This document shows, in pieces, positions 45,052 to 54,537 of a stretch of DNA of 64,000 bases. This stretch comes from a virus (taxonomy: Duplodnaviria > Caudoviricetes): IMG/VR virus record IMGVR_UViG_2842063143_000003, positions 1,570 to 65,569 of that record, one strand, 5' to 3'. The position numbers and the translations under genes are program-made. Under the pieces are notes generated by a model that had not been told where the DNA came from, made no database searches, and saw only the letters and a program-made list of their open reading frames with translations. The number at the start of each line of letters is the position of its first letter. Within the stretch, counting starts at the first letter, position 1.

Positions 45052-45208
45052 GAAGTTCCGCAGTTCCGCACCAAGCTCCGCATAACGATATCAACGACTT
45101 AGCTTAGTAAGTTCCGCAAGTTCCGCATAACTTCCGCAACAAGTTCCGCTCAACGATTTCAATGACTTAGCGGGGTAGTTCCGCAGACCTCCGCAGAAGT
45201 TCCGCAAG
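45052..45208. repeat. Iteron-like array, ~10 x (T/C)TCCGC(A); putative replication origin
   Basis: Three clusters of repeats at ~10-bp spacing, separated by AT-richer spacers, directly after the primase-helicase stop. Confidence 0.75.
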
Positions 45209-45212
45209 CCCA

Positions 45213-47303
45213 TCAGTCGATACCGGCGGCCACCTTGAGGCCCTTCGTCTTGGTATTCGTGTTGCGGATTTCGACCGAAATCACGCCGTTCGCGAGCCAC
45301 GCCTCCATGAGGTGAACAGCCTGTTTGGCCCCCACCCCGAAGTCCGCCAGGAGCATCGGCATGTACCGTCCATCCCGCTTTGATTGGGGGTATGAAGACC
45401 ACGGTTTGCCACTATCCCAAGCCCGCCTGAGGGCGTCCAAGATCTCCCGGCACTTCTGCCTGTCTGGGCCTCCGTCAGGAGCTTTTTCCTCTTCGACGAC
45501 GCCGGCTGGCGACACGACGAGAGACGTATTCCCAGCAATATCGCCGAGGCTGACGGTCTCGACCTTGAACGCCTGATCCCATCCGTCCTCTGCCGCCTTG
45601 ATCTTGGCGGCCCGGATCGAACCATGCTTGGCGCCCTCTTCGCGACTGACCTCCACCAAGAAGTCGCCGGCGCCAGCGAACACCGTGGAGCCGCGCATGT
45701 TGCCGTTGCGACTGGTGTGGTGGACGCCGATCACCGTCGCCTTGAAGCGCTGCCGGACGGCATCGCAGGCTGACACGAACAGCGTCATGTCCTTCTGCAG
45801 GTTCTCGTCCGCGCCCGGCAGGACGCGGCTCACGGTGTCTACGAACACCGCCGCAATAGGCACGTTGGCGATAGCCGCGATCGCCTCAACCGTCGCCAGC
45901 AGCTTCCCGATATCCTCCACCTTCATGAAGTTGATCGTCTGCCGGATCAGATAGAACGGGCTCTCGTCGGCAAGGACCTGATTGGTCTGCTCCCACGCCT
46001 GGATGCGGAATTTGAGGTCCGCTTGTCCCTCGCTCGAGATGTAGACGACGGCGCCTTGGCGCTGGATCTGGCGCCCCCACCAATCCGGCATACCCACCGA
46101 AAATGAGAGGCCCATGCCGAGCGCGATGAAGGTCTTGAGGCAGCCAGGCGGACCAAAGATGAAGCCGAGCGATTCCTCAACGACTAGGCCATCAATGAGC
46201 CAGGACGGGTCAGGCATCGACTTGATCGCCTTGACGTCCAGAAACTCGAAAAGCTCGCCGTTGGGCGGTGCCTTCGCATTGCTGAAGTCCGCAGCCGGAT
46301 CCTCTCGGGATGCATCAGCGCGATCGGCAAAAGGGCGCTCCTTGTTCGCCTCCTCCGCGACCTTGCTGTCCCACTTCGACAGCAGACGTCGGCATTTCGC
46401 TGCCAAGGCCTTGGAGCCGCGGCACTCACGCTCCAGCCCCTCGGCATTGTCGACGCCCTGCAACCGAGTCTTCGTGGACCTCAGCCAATGCTCGCCGCTT
46501 TCGGCGAAATGGGCCTCGCCGCGGTCCTCCGGCAGCACGCCGCCGGTCTTGCGATAAAGCTCCAGAACCGTCTTGAACGCCCAGCGGGACATGGCGTCCT
46601 CACGGCCATCCACTCGGGCGCCGAAAGCGTCGAAGTCTGCGCCGCTGTGCTGAACGCGCTCCGCTTTGGTCTCACCTCGCGTGTCGCCGCCATGCTGCGC
46701 GACGAGGTCGTCGACCGCCTCAAGCAACCAGTCCGGTGCCGGGCAGAGCTCGCACTCCCACGGCGCGAAGCCGTCATCCCAGGCGTAGGCTACGCCCGAC
46801 AGATGAACGGAAGGCGGGAGCATGGCGAACCCGCCCTGCCCCCGAATGTCGACGCCCATGCTGGTGCGGTTGGTCGGTGCGTGCCAGTCTGGTGGCGCCT
46901 CAAATACGAGCTGCCGCCCGCCGCCACCCGTGGTCTGCTTCCACGTCTCGGGTTCAATACCCATGGCGTTGATCTCGAGCACGCCGCGCCACCACAAGGC
47001 GGCCTCGGGCTTCGTGTGCTCATCCAGGTCGATGACGAAGGCGTTGCGGCTGGCTCGCCCGCTGACCAAGCCCATGTTGGGCGCGCAGCGTGGATGAAAC
47101 CAGCGAGCAAACGCGGCGTCCGGAGCCAGAGGCGGATTATGGAGCTCGCCCCAGGTGGACAAGTCCGGCCGCTTGTCTTCCTTCGTGCGCATCGGGTAGC
47201 GCGCCGGGACAACCTGCATGCCGCAGGCGCGATACATCGCAGCCCAGTCGGCATTGCTGGCGAAGTCCGGATCGAAGCTCGGGATCGGGAAGGCGGCCAT
47301 CAT
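45213..47303 (-). CDS. Bifunctional primase-polymerase fused to RepA-type AAA helicase
   Basis: NMGLVSG, VIDLD, TGGGGRQ, VDIRGQGGF..LPPS.H; GPPGCLKTF, VFVDT, GVHH, RGS. Confidence 0.9.
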   Translation of the reverse strand: MMAAFPIPSFDPDFASNADWAAMYRACGMQVVPARYPMRTKEDKRPDLSTWGELHNPPLAPDAAFARWFHPRCAPNMGLVSGRASRNAFVIDLDEHTKPEAALWWRGVLEINAMGIEPETWKQTTGGGGRQLVFEAPPDWHAPTNRTSMGVDIRGQGGFAMLPPSVHLSGVAYAWDDGFAPWECELCPAPDWLLEAVDDLVAQHGGDTRGETKAERVQHSGADFDAFGARVDGREDAMSRWAFKTVLELYRKTGGVLPEDRGEAHFAESGEHWLRSTKTRLQGVDNAEGLERECRGSKALAAKCRRLLSKWDSKVAEEANKERPFADRADASREDPAADFSNAKAPPNGELFEFLDVKAIKSMPDPSWLIDGLVVEESLGFIFGPPGCLKTFIALGMGLSFSVGMPDWWGRQIQRQGAVVYISSEGQADLKFRIQAWEQTNQVLADESPFYLIRQTINFMKVEDIGKLLATVEAIAAIANVPIAAVFVDTVSRVLPGADENLQKDMTLFVSACDAVRQRFKATVIGVHHTSRNGNMRGSTVFAGAGDFLVEVSREEGAKHGSIRAAKIKAAEDGWDQAFKVETVSLGDIAGNTSLVVSPAGVVEEEKAPDGGPDRQKCREILDALRRAWDSGKPWSSYPQSKRDGRYMPMLLADFGVGAKQAVHLMEAWLANGVISVEIRNTNTKTKGLKVAAGID

Positions 47304-47743
47304 GCGGGCTTCCCGCGGCTGCGTTCCTTCTCGACCTTGTCGATGATGCGCTGGGCGGCCGCGAGCTGCTTCTCGCTGAGCTCGAAATCGTAATCGTACT
47401 TGCCCGACACATCGACGGCGAACTGGTACTCCCAGGCCGTCACCGTGAACTCTAGTTCTTCCTCCGACGACGCGATGTCCTTGAGCGCAGTCAGGATCGT
47501 GGCTGTCATCTCGCGCGGCTTGGGAGACGCCTTCGCCTTGGGCTTCGGCGAATAGGTGTAGGTGGAAAACCCGCCGTATGCCTGCGGGGCCGACCCTAGA
47601 ACGAGTTCCGGGATCGTGACGTTGGCCTTCTCAGCCATGGCCGCGATCATGCGGGCGGCATTGGCGCGCTCACCGTCGAAGGTCGAGCCGAGCATGCCGA
47701 GCAGCTTCTCGAGACGCGATCGCGTCGAGAAGTCCATCGTCAT
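47300..47743 (-). CDS. Hypothetical protein
   Basis: KLLGMLGS.FDGERANAA, WE..F...LSEKQ. Confidence 0.7.
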   Translation of the reverse strand: MTMDFSTRSRLEKLLGMLGSTFDGERANAARMIAAMAEKANVTIPELVLGSAPQAYGGFSTYTYSPKPKAKASPKPREMTATILTALKDIASSEEELEFTVTAWEYQFAVDVSGKYDYDFELSEKQLAAAQRIIDKVEKERSRGKPA

Positions 47744-47827
47744 GCCGGCCTCCTCCCGGCTTGACGGTCCATGCTATGTCCCATCGTGCACCTGCCTTCA
47801 GCGCTGCCCAGCGTTCGTTGCGGTGAA

Positions 47828-47861
47828 GGGGTCTCGGGAGGCTGGCACCAACCGAGACCCC
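47828..47861. other. Perfect 10-bp hairpin in intergenic region
   Basis: GGGGTCTCGG-N14-CCGAGACCCC. Confidence 0.6.
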
Positions 47862-47881
47862 GCTCTCAAGGCAGGAGGCGA

Positions 47882-48592
47882 TCAACCGAAGTCGTCATCC
47901 GCGCCGGCCATCGCGGACTCACGCTGCGGCTCGGGGGCCTTGGCGGCGGCAGGCGGCTCGACCTTAGTGCTGCCGGTCGTGGGAGGAGCGCTGGAGGACG
48001 AGAACGGCGCGGGCGCTTCGGTCTTGGCCGGGGCGGCCGCGCGCGACTTCGGCTTGTGAATGAGATCCGTCGGGCGGCCGGCCCAGCCCGCGATCTCGAA
48101 CACCGGCTGATAGTTCGTCGACTTCTGCGCGCCCTGCCCCGAGGTGACGCCAATGGTATCCTTGAGCGCGACGATCGGGAGCTGCCCGGCGTGGCTCTCG
48201 CGGCTGGCCTGGTAGGCGGTGTGCAGTTCCTCAAGCCCGCGCAGCGCCGACTTGGCGACCGTTGAGATCTCGCGGATGTCGCCGCCGCACTCCTTGCCGA
48301 GCTTCACCATGATGCGGACGCCCTGCTTGTGGTTGGGCGACGGCCGCGGCGGCAGGGGCTGGCCGATCATCGTCATGACGAAGTCGGGCGCGCCGCCGGT
48401 GGCGAAGTTGATCCAGCCGATCTCCACGTTCTCGAGGTCGGCGACCATCTTGAGGCTCCGGGTCACGTCCACCGGCGTGTTCACGCCGTCGGCGCGGTCG
48501 ACGCGGAAGAAGCGGCCGGCGCGGCTGTCGTACTTCAGGATCGGGATGATATCGCCGGTGGAGCCGGCGTCGTAGCTGAGACCGAAGGACAT
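47882..48592 (-). CDS. Probable ssDNA-binding/annealing protein
   Basis: Beta-rich core, Pro/Ala linker, acidic tail DDDFG; next to exonuclease. Confidence 0.6.
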   Translation of the reverse strand: MSFGLSYDAGSTGDIIPILKYDSRAGRFFRVDRADGVNTPVDVTRSLKMVADLENVEIGWINFATGGAPDFVMTMIGQPLPPRPSPNHKQGVRIMVKLGKECGGDIREISTVAKSALRGLEELHTAYQASRESHAGQLPIVALKDTIGVTSGQGAQKSTNYQPVFEIAGWAGRPTDLIHKPKSRAAAPAKTEAPAPFSSSSAPPTTGSTKVEPPAAAKAPEPQRESAMAGADDDFG

Positions 48593-48656
48593 GAGATTTA
48601 CCTTTGCGAGAGTGCAGCGATCAGGCTCGCCGCGGCGCCACCCCTATGCGGGGATC

Positions 48657-49391
48657 TCAGATGCCGAAGGTCTGAAAGGCGGCCTGGCGCGCCTCGGGAG
48701 ACCCCCAGTAAAAAGACTCGAGATCGGGGGCGACGATGCCCCGGAAGAACTCGGGATCGTCTGACAGCGCGAGGAAGCGCTCGACCGTCTGGGCGATGCG
48801 GTAGAGAGCGTCGCGGTGAGCGCGCACGTTCTCTAGCCGGTACGTGCAGCGCTTGGCCGGCGTGATGTACGTCAGCCGCGGATCGACGTTGTCGGAGATG
48901 GCGGCAGCGTAGAGCGACACCTGCCGCGCGTGTGCCAGCTTCACTTCGGACGGCATCTTGCCGGTGGTCTTGAGGTCGACGACGACGCCGGCCTCTTCCC
49001 AGGCGAAGTCGTAGTAGCCGACGATAGGGCTCTGCAGCCCTTCTGGGTGCCAGGACACGAAGCCCTGCGTGCTGGTCGGCCGGCCGTAGGGGCGAAGCTC
49101 TTCCAGCCCGAGGCGCACCATCGCAGGCACGTCCCGGCCGATCGTCTCGACCTTCGGATCGCCGCACAGCGCGATCAGCGTCCGGTACTTCACCGTCGCG
49201 ACCTTGATGCAGTCCTCCACGTCGCGGTCGAGATCTATGAGGCCGGCGACGATGCCTTCCTCGACCGCAGTGCCGCGATGCGCGGCTGCGCCGACGCCCT
49301 GGCGCTTGCCCATCAGCCGCTCGAGCACGAACAGCGCAGGCGAGGCGCAAAAGAGATTGAGGCTGGAGGGGGAGTGGCGAGCGACCTTCAC
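48657..49391 (-). CDS. PD-(D/E)XK exonuclease
   Basis: HSPSS, RGTAVE, IVGYYDF, VVDLKTT, RQVSLY. Confidence 0.88.
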   Translation of the reverse strand: MKVARHSPSSLNLFCASPALFVLERLMGKRQGVGAAAHRGTAVEEGIVAGLIDLDRDVEDCIKVATVKYRTLIALCGDPKVETIGRDVPAMVRLGLEELRPYGRPTSTQGFVSWHPEGLQSPIVGYYDFAWEEAGVVVDLKTTGKMPSEVKLAHARQVSLYAAAISDNVDPRLTYITPAKRCTYRLENVRAHRDALYRIAQTVERFLALSDDPEFFRGIVAPDLESFYWGSPEARQAAFQTFGI

Positions 49392-49711
49392 AGCGCCCTC
49401 TCCGGCTTCACCAGCGGGATCTCACTGTCGCGCAGTTCAAAGTATTTGCATGCGTAGGCGCCGTGCGGGACCTTACGCCCCCATTCGCGCATCAGCCCTT
49501 TGTACTTCGCGCAGCGGGCCGGGCGCGGGCCGTCGAACTTCGACCAGCCGTCGACCTTGCTGCTCCAAACCCAGTTCGCGCACTCGCGGCAGCTTCGACC
49601 CATGGGGCCTGATCCGGCGAAGTGCGCCTGGCCGACATGCGTATTGGCGGCGGCAGACGCCGCGGGCTGATCCTCACGATGCAGGCCGTGCGTCAGATTG
49701 AAGAAGGTCAC
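49388..49711 (-). CDS. Cys-rich hypothetical protein
   Basis: GQAHFAGSGP.G..CREC..W, C.KY, ACKYFE. Confidence 0.7.
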   Translation of the reverse strand: MTFFNLTHGLHREDQPAASAAANTHVGQAHFAGSGPMGRSCRECANWVWSSKVDGWSKFDGPRPARCAKYKGLMREWGRKVPHGAYACKYFELRDSEIPLVKPERAL

Positions 49712-49941
49712 GCCGCGCCTCCTGTTGCAGAGCCCAGCTCCGGGGAGGCCGACACAGCAGCCTCCCCTCGGCCGGCGCATCCCGACCGCGCCGCGGTCTG
49801 GGAACTGAAAAGACTGGAGGCGAGCCGCGCTCGCATCGCATCGGGGACGGTCTCGCCAGCTGCTTCCGCAGCAAGCTTGATCTCGTCCATCAGCGCGCGC
49901 GGTAGGAAGACGACAACGCGGACTTGCTCGGAGAGGATCAT
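49708..49941 (-). CDS. Small RHH-like protein
   Basis: RVVVFLPRALMDEIK.AA..AG.TV...MRARL. Confidence 0.5.
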   Translation of the reverse strand: MILSEQVRVVVFLPRALMDEIKLAAEAAGETVPDAMRARLASSLFSSQTAARSGCAGRGEAAVSASPELGSATGGAA

Positions 49942-50429
49942 GCCGCCACCTGCGCGGCTGGCATCAGCTTCTCGGCGCAGTATCGCGCCAGCAGCGCCGC
50001 CTCGGCGCGGCCGTCGTCCCTCTTGCGGGCGAACAGCTCGGCGCTTGCGGGGAAAAGCTGCAGGGCGAGCGCCCGAGACTGCTCCTTGCCCTCCTTGCCG
50101 CCCGCCAGCTTGAAGTGACGCTTCCAGGCGGCCGGCGTGACGAGATGGTACGGCACGCCGCCCATGGCCACGGAGACCTTCACGGCAGCGTAGGCGGATC
50201 CGAACCGGAATGCCTGCACAGCGCCGTCGCGTGGCATGGGGCCGACGCGCTCGATGATCGCGACGGTGGGCCCCATCTGCTTGATGCGTCGGACGATGCT
50301 GGCCGGCTCGACCTCACCGTCCACCACGGGCATGTCGTCCACGGCCACGCGGTCGGGCGCGGTTGGGAAGTAGAAGGCGATCGCGCCGGTGAGGCCCGGG
50401 TCGCAGGCCATGATGCAGAGCTCGCTCAT
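49938..50429 (-). CDS. RuvC-like Holliday junction resolvase
   Basis: ACDPGLTGA, IERV, FRFG, VTP..WK, DGRAEAALLA. Confidence 0.88.
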   Translation of the reverse strand: MSELCIMACDPGLTGAIAFYFPTAPDRVAVDDMPVVDGEVEPASIVRRIKQMGPTVAIIERVGPMPRDGAVQAFRFGSAYAAVKVSVAMGGVPYHLVTPAAWKRHFKLAGGKEGKEQSRALALQLFPASAELFARKRDDGRAEAALLARYCAEKLMPAAQVAA

Positions 50430-50554
50430 CGGGCACGCTCCGCGCAGTAGTCAGCCAGCTTGTCGAAGGCCTTGGGGATGACCAGTGACTGGCGGCCGAG
50501 CGCGCGAAAGGCGTCGGCGCACAGGCCGAAGAAGGTTCGACGAGCGATGGTCAT
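50426..50554 (-). CDS. Small hypothetical protein
   Basis: ATGA-coupled 42-aa ORF. Confidence 0.5.
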   Translation of the reverse strand: MTIARRTFFGLCADAFRALGRQSLVIPKAFDKLADYCAERAR

Positions 50555-50919
50555 GCGCGCACTCCAGCAAGCTTGATCTCGAGTGCCGCGATTTCAGCCT
50601 TGAGCTGCGCGGACTCTTGAGCGCGACGAACCTCCTGCAGCCACGCGGGCTCGCGATCCGCGAGAGCGGCGAGGAAGTCCGGGCCGTAGGCCATCCAGAG
50701 GGCGGTGTAGCCTTCGGCATTAGGAGCCGAGGCGCGGTCCAGCCACGTCTTGATGGTGTTGAAGGGAATGCCGGTGTCCGCGGCGACGTTGTCGGCGGTC
50801 TTGACCGGGTGTTGGTGGCGCAGGAACGCGCACACGCGCTCCCCGAGGGTCAGACGGCTGCGAGACTCAACCTCATGCGCGTAAGCGTGGGCGTGAGTCT
50901 GCGGCGTATGAGACTTCAT
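50551..50919 (-). CDS. CII-position HTH regulator
   Basis: KTADNVAADTGIP.NTIK.WL...SAP HTH; downstream of cro. Confidence 0.65.
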   Translation of the reverse strand: MKSHTPQTHAHAYAHEVESRSRLTLGERVCAFLRHQHPVKTADNVAADTGIPFNTIKTWLDRASAPNAEGYTALWMAYGPDFLAALADREPAWLQEVRRAQESAQLKAEIAALEIKLAGVRA

Positions 50920-51157
50920 CGACCTTTTCTCCGATGCTGTGGGCATCGGAAGGCGACCAACGAAGGAGGCAGTGAGTGTCGTCACGCCGCGCACCCAGCA
51001 AAGGACAGAGAGAGAAGACCGCGAACGCTCAGGCCTGGCAGCGAAAAGCGATCGCAGTGATTGAGAGCAGCGCACGCGGGTCCGATCATTCGGACGCCGC
51101 GGCGCGCCTCGGCCTCGCGGGACAACACCACGAGGCGAGAGGGTGAGGGACAAGCGA

Positions 51158-51817
51158 TCACTTGCTGCCCCTCTTGATCTGATCGGGCCAATCGATCGCC
51201 CAGAGACGACCGACGCACACGCCCAGCACGCCGATCTGCGTGGTCACGCGCGCGGCCGTACAGGCCTCGACCATCTCGATATCAAGCGGGTCGACGTTGA
51301 GCAGCGGAGCATCCGGGAACGTCGGGAGCTCTACCCCATGGTGGACGGCGGCCTTCTGAGCTCGCCGGCAGGCGTGAAGCACCGTCGTGTGATCACGGCC
51401 GCCCAGGATGCGCCCCGTCTCAGGCGAGGACCGGCCCAAGCGGTGAACGAGCGCCCAGGCCGCAATCTGGCGAGCCTTCACCAGCTTCATCGCGCGGCGC
51501 TCGCCGATCAGATCGCGGCGATCCATACCTGTCGCCAAGGTGACGACCTGGAGGCATTCCCTTGCGGTTACCTGCTTGGAGATGCGTTGCGGCCGATAAG
51601 CCTCCAGGGACCGCGTAACGAAGAGGTCGTCGTCGTCTTCGGTCGGCTCGACGGCATCGAGATCATCGACAAGCACGGGCACTGGCACGGGCTCGGGGGC
51701 GGCCAGCACCGGCCGCGGCCGCGGCGCGAACATCCGCGCGCGCACCTCGGCGGCATGCCGGCGCATCTCGTCGGCCGACGCGTATTCACGGACGGGGAGC
51801 GGGGCGCCGCCGGCCAT
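51158..51817 (-). CDS. DnaA C-terminal-like HTH protein
   Basis: LIG.RR...V.ARQIA...S.PETGRILGGRDHTTVLHA. Confidence 0.85.
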   Translation of the reverse strand: MAGGAPLPVREYASADEMRRHAAEVRARMFAPRPRPVLAAPEPVPVPVLVDDLDAVEPTEDDDDLFVTRSLEAYRPQRISKQVTARECLQVVTLATGMDRRDLIGERRAMKLVKARQIAAWALVHRLGRSSPETGRILGGRDHTTVLHACRRAQKAAVHHGVELPTFPDAPLLNVDPLDIEMVEACTAARVTTQIGVLGVCVGRLWAIDWPDQIKRGSK

Positions 51818-51987
51818 CAACCGACCATCCGAGCGAGCAGGATGAACAGCACGCCGATGCCGGCGCAGGAGAACAGCAGGTCGGTCGCCACGACGGCGTT
51901 CATGCCATGCCGCTTGATCACGAACCTGGCGCCTGCCGCTGCGGACAGGACGAACCAGAGGCCGAGGATGGTGAGGATCCAACTCAT
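51817..51987 (-). CDS. Small two-TM membrane protein
   Basis: Coupled to cro; MSWILTILGLWFVLSAAAG...LLFSCAGIGVLFILLA. Confidence 0.6.
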   Translation of the reverse strand: MSWILTILGLWFVLSAAAGARFVIKRHGMNAVVATDLLFSCAGIGVLFILLARMVG

Positions 51988-52187
51988 GCTGCGGCTTCCT
52001 CACAGGAGGAGCGAACGAAGGCTCGAATGCGTTCGACTGTTTCCAGTGTCACGCTCTCGCCTCGCTCGAGGCGCCGGACGAGCCGGCCGTTCTTCACCGC
52101 CTTCTGGCAGAGCGTTGACGGTGAGAGGCCGAGCCGCGCGGCGGCTGACCGGATCTCGACCAAGAAGTCTGCGGAGGCAGTGGACAT
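51984..52187 (-). CDS. cro: Cro-like repressor
   Basis: 67-aa HTH divergent from cI. Confidence 0.8.
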   Translation of the reverse strand: MSTASADFLVEIRSAAARLGLSPSTLCQKAVKNGRLVRRLERGESVTLETVERIRAFVRSSCEEAAA

Positions 52188-52194
52188 GACAGCC

Positions 52195-52260
52195 ATAATA
52201 GGCTGCGGCCTATCGGTGTCAATAGGCCCTAGCCGCATTGCCGGTAGGCCGGCCGTCATT
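52195..52260. promoter_or_regulatory. cI/cro switch: leftward promoter and operators
   Basis: Minus-strand TTGACA...TATTAT; palindrome ATAGGCTGCGGCCTAT 52198-52213; degenerate sites at 52222 and 52244. Confidence 0.85.
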
Positions 52261-52272
52261 CAACGCTTAGCT

Positions 52273-52947
52273 ATGACTGACTGGCGCGACAGGCTGAAGC
52301 GCGTGCTCGACGAGCGCGACATCGACATGAAGAAGGCATCGCTGAAAGCGGGCCTGAACGCCGCCGCCGTTCAACAAATCATCAAGGGCAACGACCCGAA
52401 GGCAAGCACGCTTCAACAGCTCGCCTCGTCTAACGACCTGTCACTAGACGAGATTTTGCTGGGCCGTCCACAGCCATCCACAGCGGAACATATAAAGAAC
52501 GAAGTTCGGCTAGCCCCTGTTGTCGGGACCGCAGCCGCAGGCATATGGTTCTCCTTTGACGCTCCACCGCAGGTTGAGCCAGAGCCAGTGCCTTATGTGC
52601 CTTGTCGCTACCCGGACCTAGCACAAACTGCCTACAAGGTGGTCGGATCGTCTATGAACCGACGCAACGTGCATGACGGCGACTTCGTTGTGACGGTACC
52701 GTACTGGGAAGCGCGCATGGCGCCTGTGGCTGGCGACATCGCTGTCATCGAGCGCAGCCGCGACGGCGGCCTAGTAGAACTGACCATCAAAGAGATTGAG
52801 GTCACGCGCGAAAGCGTTCGCCTCGTACCGCGCTCGACCGAGCCGGAGTATCAGGACGTGGTCACGATCCCGCGCACCATGCGGCCCGAGATGTACGAGG
52901 GCATAACCATCGTTGGCCTCGTGGTCGGAAAATTCTCGACGATCTGA
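52273..52947 (+). CDS. cI: CI repressor (HTH + S24 peptidase)
   Basis: N-terminal HTH; VG.AAAG cleavage region, V.G.SMN, LTIK. Confidence 0.92.
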   Translation: MTDWRDRLKRVLDERDIDMKKASLKAGLNAAAVQQIIKGNDPKASTLQQLASSNDLSLDEILLGRPQPSTAEHIKNEVRLAPVVGTAAAGIWFSFDAPPQVEPEPVPYVPCRYPDLAQTAYKVVGSSMNRRNVHDGDFVVTVPYWEARMAPVAGDIAVIERSRDGGLVELTIKEIEVTRESVRLVPRSTEPEYQDVVTIPRTMRPEMYEGITIVGLVVGKFSTI

Positions 52948-52999
52948 TAGGCCGCGGCCTAATCGCCGCTTGACACGGAAATAGGCCGCAGCCTATCGT
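52947..52999 (+). promoter_or_regulatory. Early rightward promoter with two operators
   Basis: ATAGGCCGCGGCCTAA 52947-52962, ATAGGCCGCAGCCTAT 52981-52996; TTGACA 52970-52975 and TATCGT 52994-52999. Confidence 0.85.
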
Positions 53000-53031
53000 G
53001 TCTTCATCGCCAGACGCGATGGAGACCCTCC

Positions 53032-53160
53032 GTGTCCCACCTCACCGCCGACAATCTGATCCTCCTGGCTTTCTTCACGCCGATCGCCTTCAGCTCTGGC
53101 CTGTTTCTGATCATCCGTGACCTGCCCGTCACCAAGCGCTTCCTTGGCGAGGTGCTGTGA
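53032..53160 (+). CDS. Small membrane peptide
   Basis: GGAG RBS; first gene of early operon; one TM. Confidence 0.55.
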   Translation: MSHLTADNLILLAFFTPIAFSSGLFLIIRDLPVTKRFLGEVL

Positions 53161-53495
53161 TGGCTGCCGACATTTTCGCCTATCGCACCAACGGGTTGTT
53201 CTTCGACGTTTACAACGTCCGCACAGGCGAGGTTGTCGAAGAACTAATCGACTGCACCGCCGAGGCGATCAACTACCGCGACGAGTATCAGGCCCGGGCC
53301 AATGAGCTCGAGGCCGAGGAAATCGCAGCTGCCCAGGCGGCCGCCAAGGACGAGCTGATTGACCACGTGCAGGACTTCCTGCGTGCTTTAGACCGCGGCC
53401 ACCTCGGCGAGGCGCTCCGCTTCAGGGATGGCACCGAGAGCGCCTACGTGGCTGCTCTGCGCACCGCCGTCGCCCCCTTCGAGCGGAGGGCGTGA
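53160..53495 (+). CDS. Hypothetical protein
   Basis: Coupled ORF. Confidence 0.7.
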   Translation: MAADIFAYRTNGLFFDVYNVRTGEVVEELIDCTAEAINYRDEYQARANELEAEEIAAAQAAAKDELIDHVQDFLRALDRGHLGEALRFRDGTESAYVAALRTAVAPFERRA

Positions 53496-53803
53496 TGTCG
53501 GAAGAGACCCTTCTCACGGCGGCGCACCGCCTCAACCGCTTCTTCAAGGTCGACATGGCCGCCGGCGGTCTGGTGGTCGACGAGACCCTGAACGCGCTTC
53601 GGACGGCACAGCGCGAGATCGAGTTGGCGGAGGCGGGCCACAAGCCTGCCGACGAGCAACTGCTGATCGCCGCCCGGGCCGCCGCGCGCGACCTGCACAG
53701 CGACATGACCCGGCACGGCGGCATGGTCGCCATTCCCACCGAGATCGCCTTCGACACCCTGGACAAGGCGATCCTGGCTGTCGGCGGACGGAGGGCCGCG
53801 TGA
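53495..53803 (+). CDS. Hypothetical protein
   Basis: Coupled ORF. Confidence 0.7.
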   Translation: MSEETLLTAAHRLNRFFKVDMAAGGLVVDETLNALRTAQREIELAEAGHKPADEQLLIAARAAARDLHSDMTRHGGMVAIPTEIAFDTLDKAILAVGGRRAA

Positions 53804-54537
53804 TGCCGCGCCCGCTACAAATCGCAGGACAGCGCTTTGGGCGCCTTCTTGTGATGAATTACGATCGCACAGAGTTCGGCATTACATTCTGGCGGTGCCA
53901 GTGTGACTGCGGTTCAGAAAAAATTGTCCGCGGTTTGCACCTTACCAACGGCCATACCCGGTCATGCGGTTGCATGAGAAAAGAGTTTCGCGGCCCGCCG
54001 CGTAAACACGGACACACCGTTGGTAAAAAATATTCTTTGGAATACAGATCTTGGTCTTCAATGCTGCAAAGATGTTATTACAAAAAGCATATTGGGTACG
54101 CAAATTATGGCGCAAAAGGCATAACCGTCTGCCCTACATGGGTAAATAGCTTTGAACAGTTTCTTGCGGACATGGGGCCAAGGCCAGCCAAAAACTACAC
54201 GCTGGATCGCATCGAAAGCGATCAAGGATATTCAAAATCAAATTGTCGATGGGCAACTGGGCGCGAACAGGCATTTAACAAAAAAGGCGTTCACTACATC
54301 GACATAGATGGTCAGCCTATACCCGTTAGATTTGCCGCGGAAGCTCTTGGCATAAGTCACCAAGTGGTTGGTAAAAAGATCAGGGTCTTAGGTATGAGCC
54401 CAGATGCTGCGATTTTTGATCGTGGCCCAGCCGCGGCTTCAGAACTTGAACGCCAAATTGATAAAGAAAAAATACTTGCTGCGCTTTCGCAGGCGGGTGG
54501 GCGGTTCTTTAGTAAAAATGAAGAGGCAGCTAGATGA
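53803..54537 (+). CDS. HNH-type homing endonuclease-like protein
   Basis: GQRFGRL, W.C.CDCG, SCGC, RC......Y..YG..GI.VC, TLDRI...GY...NCRWAT; markedly AT-rich. Confidence 0.85.
   Translation: MPRPLQIAGQRFGRLLVMNYDRTEFGITFWRCQCDCGSEKIVRGLHLTNGHTRSCGCMRKEFRGPPRKHGHTVGKKYSLEYRSWSSMLQRCYYKKHIGYANYGAKGITVCPTWVNSFEQFLADMGPRPAKNYTLDRIESDQGYSKSNCRWATGREQAFNKKGVHYIDIDGQPIPVRFAAEALGISHQVVGKKIRVLGMSPDAAIFDRGPAAASELERQIDKEKILAALSQAGGRFFSKNEEAAR

Noticed and set aside
45052-45208. Repeat array as CRISPR or ncRNA array
   Set aside because: Units are only 6-10 bp with no unique spacers; position fits an origin
51907-52272. Long N-terminal extension of cI in the ORF track
   Set aside because: Overlaps cro and the operators; the real start is most likely ATG 52273
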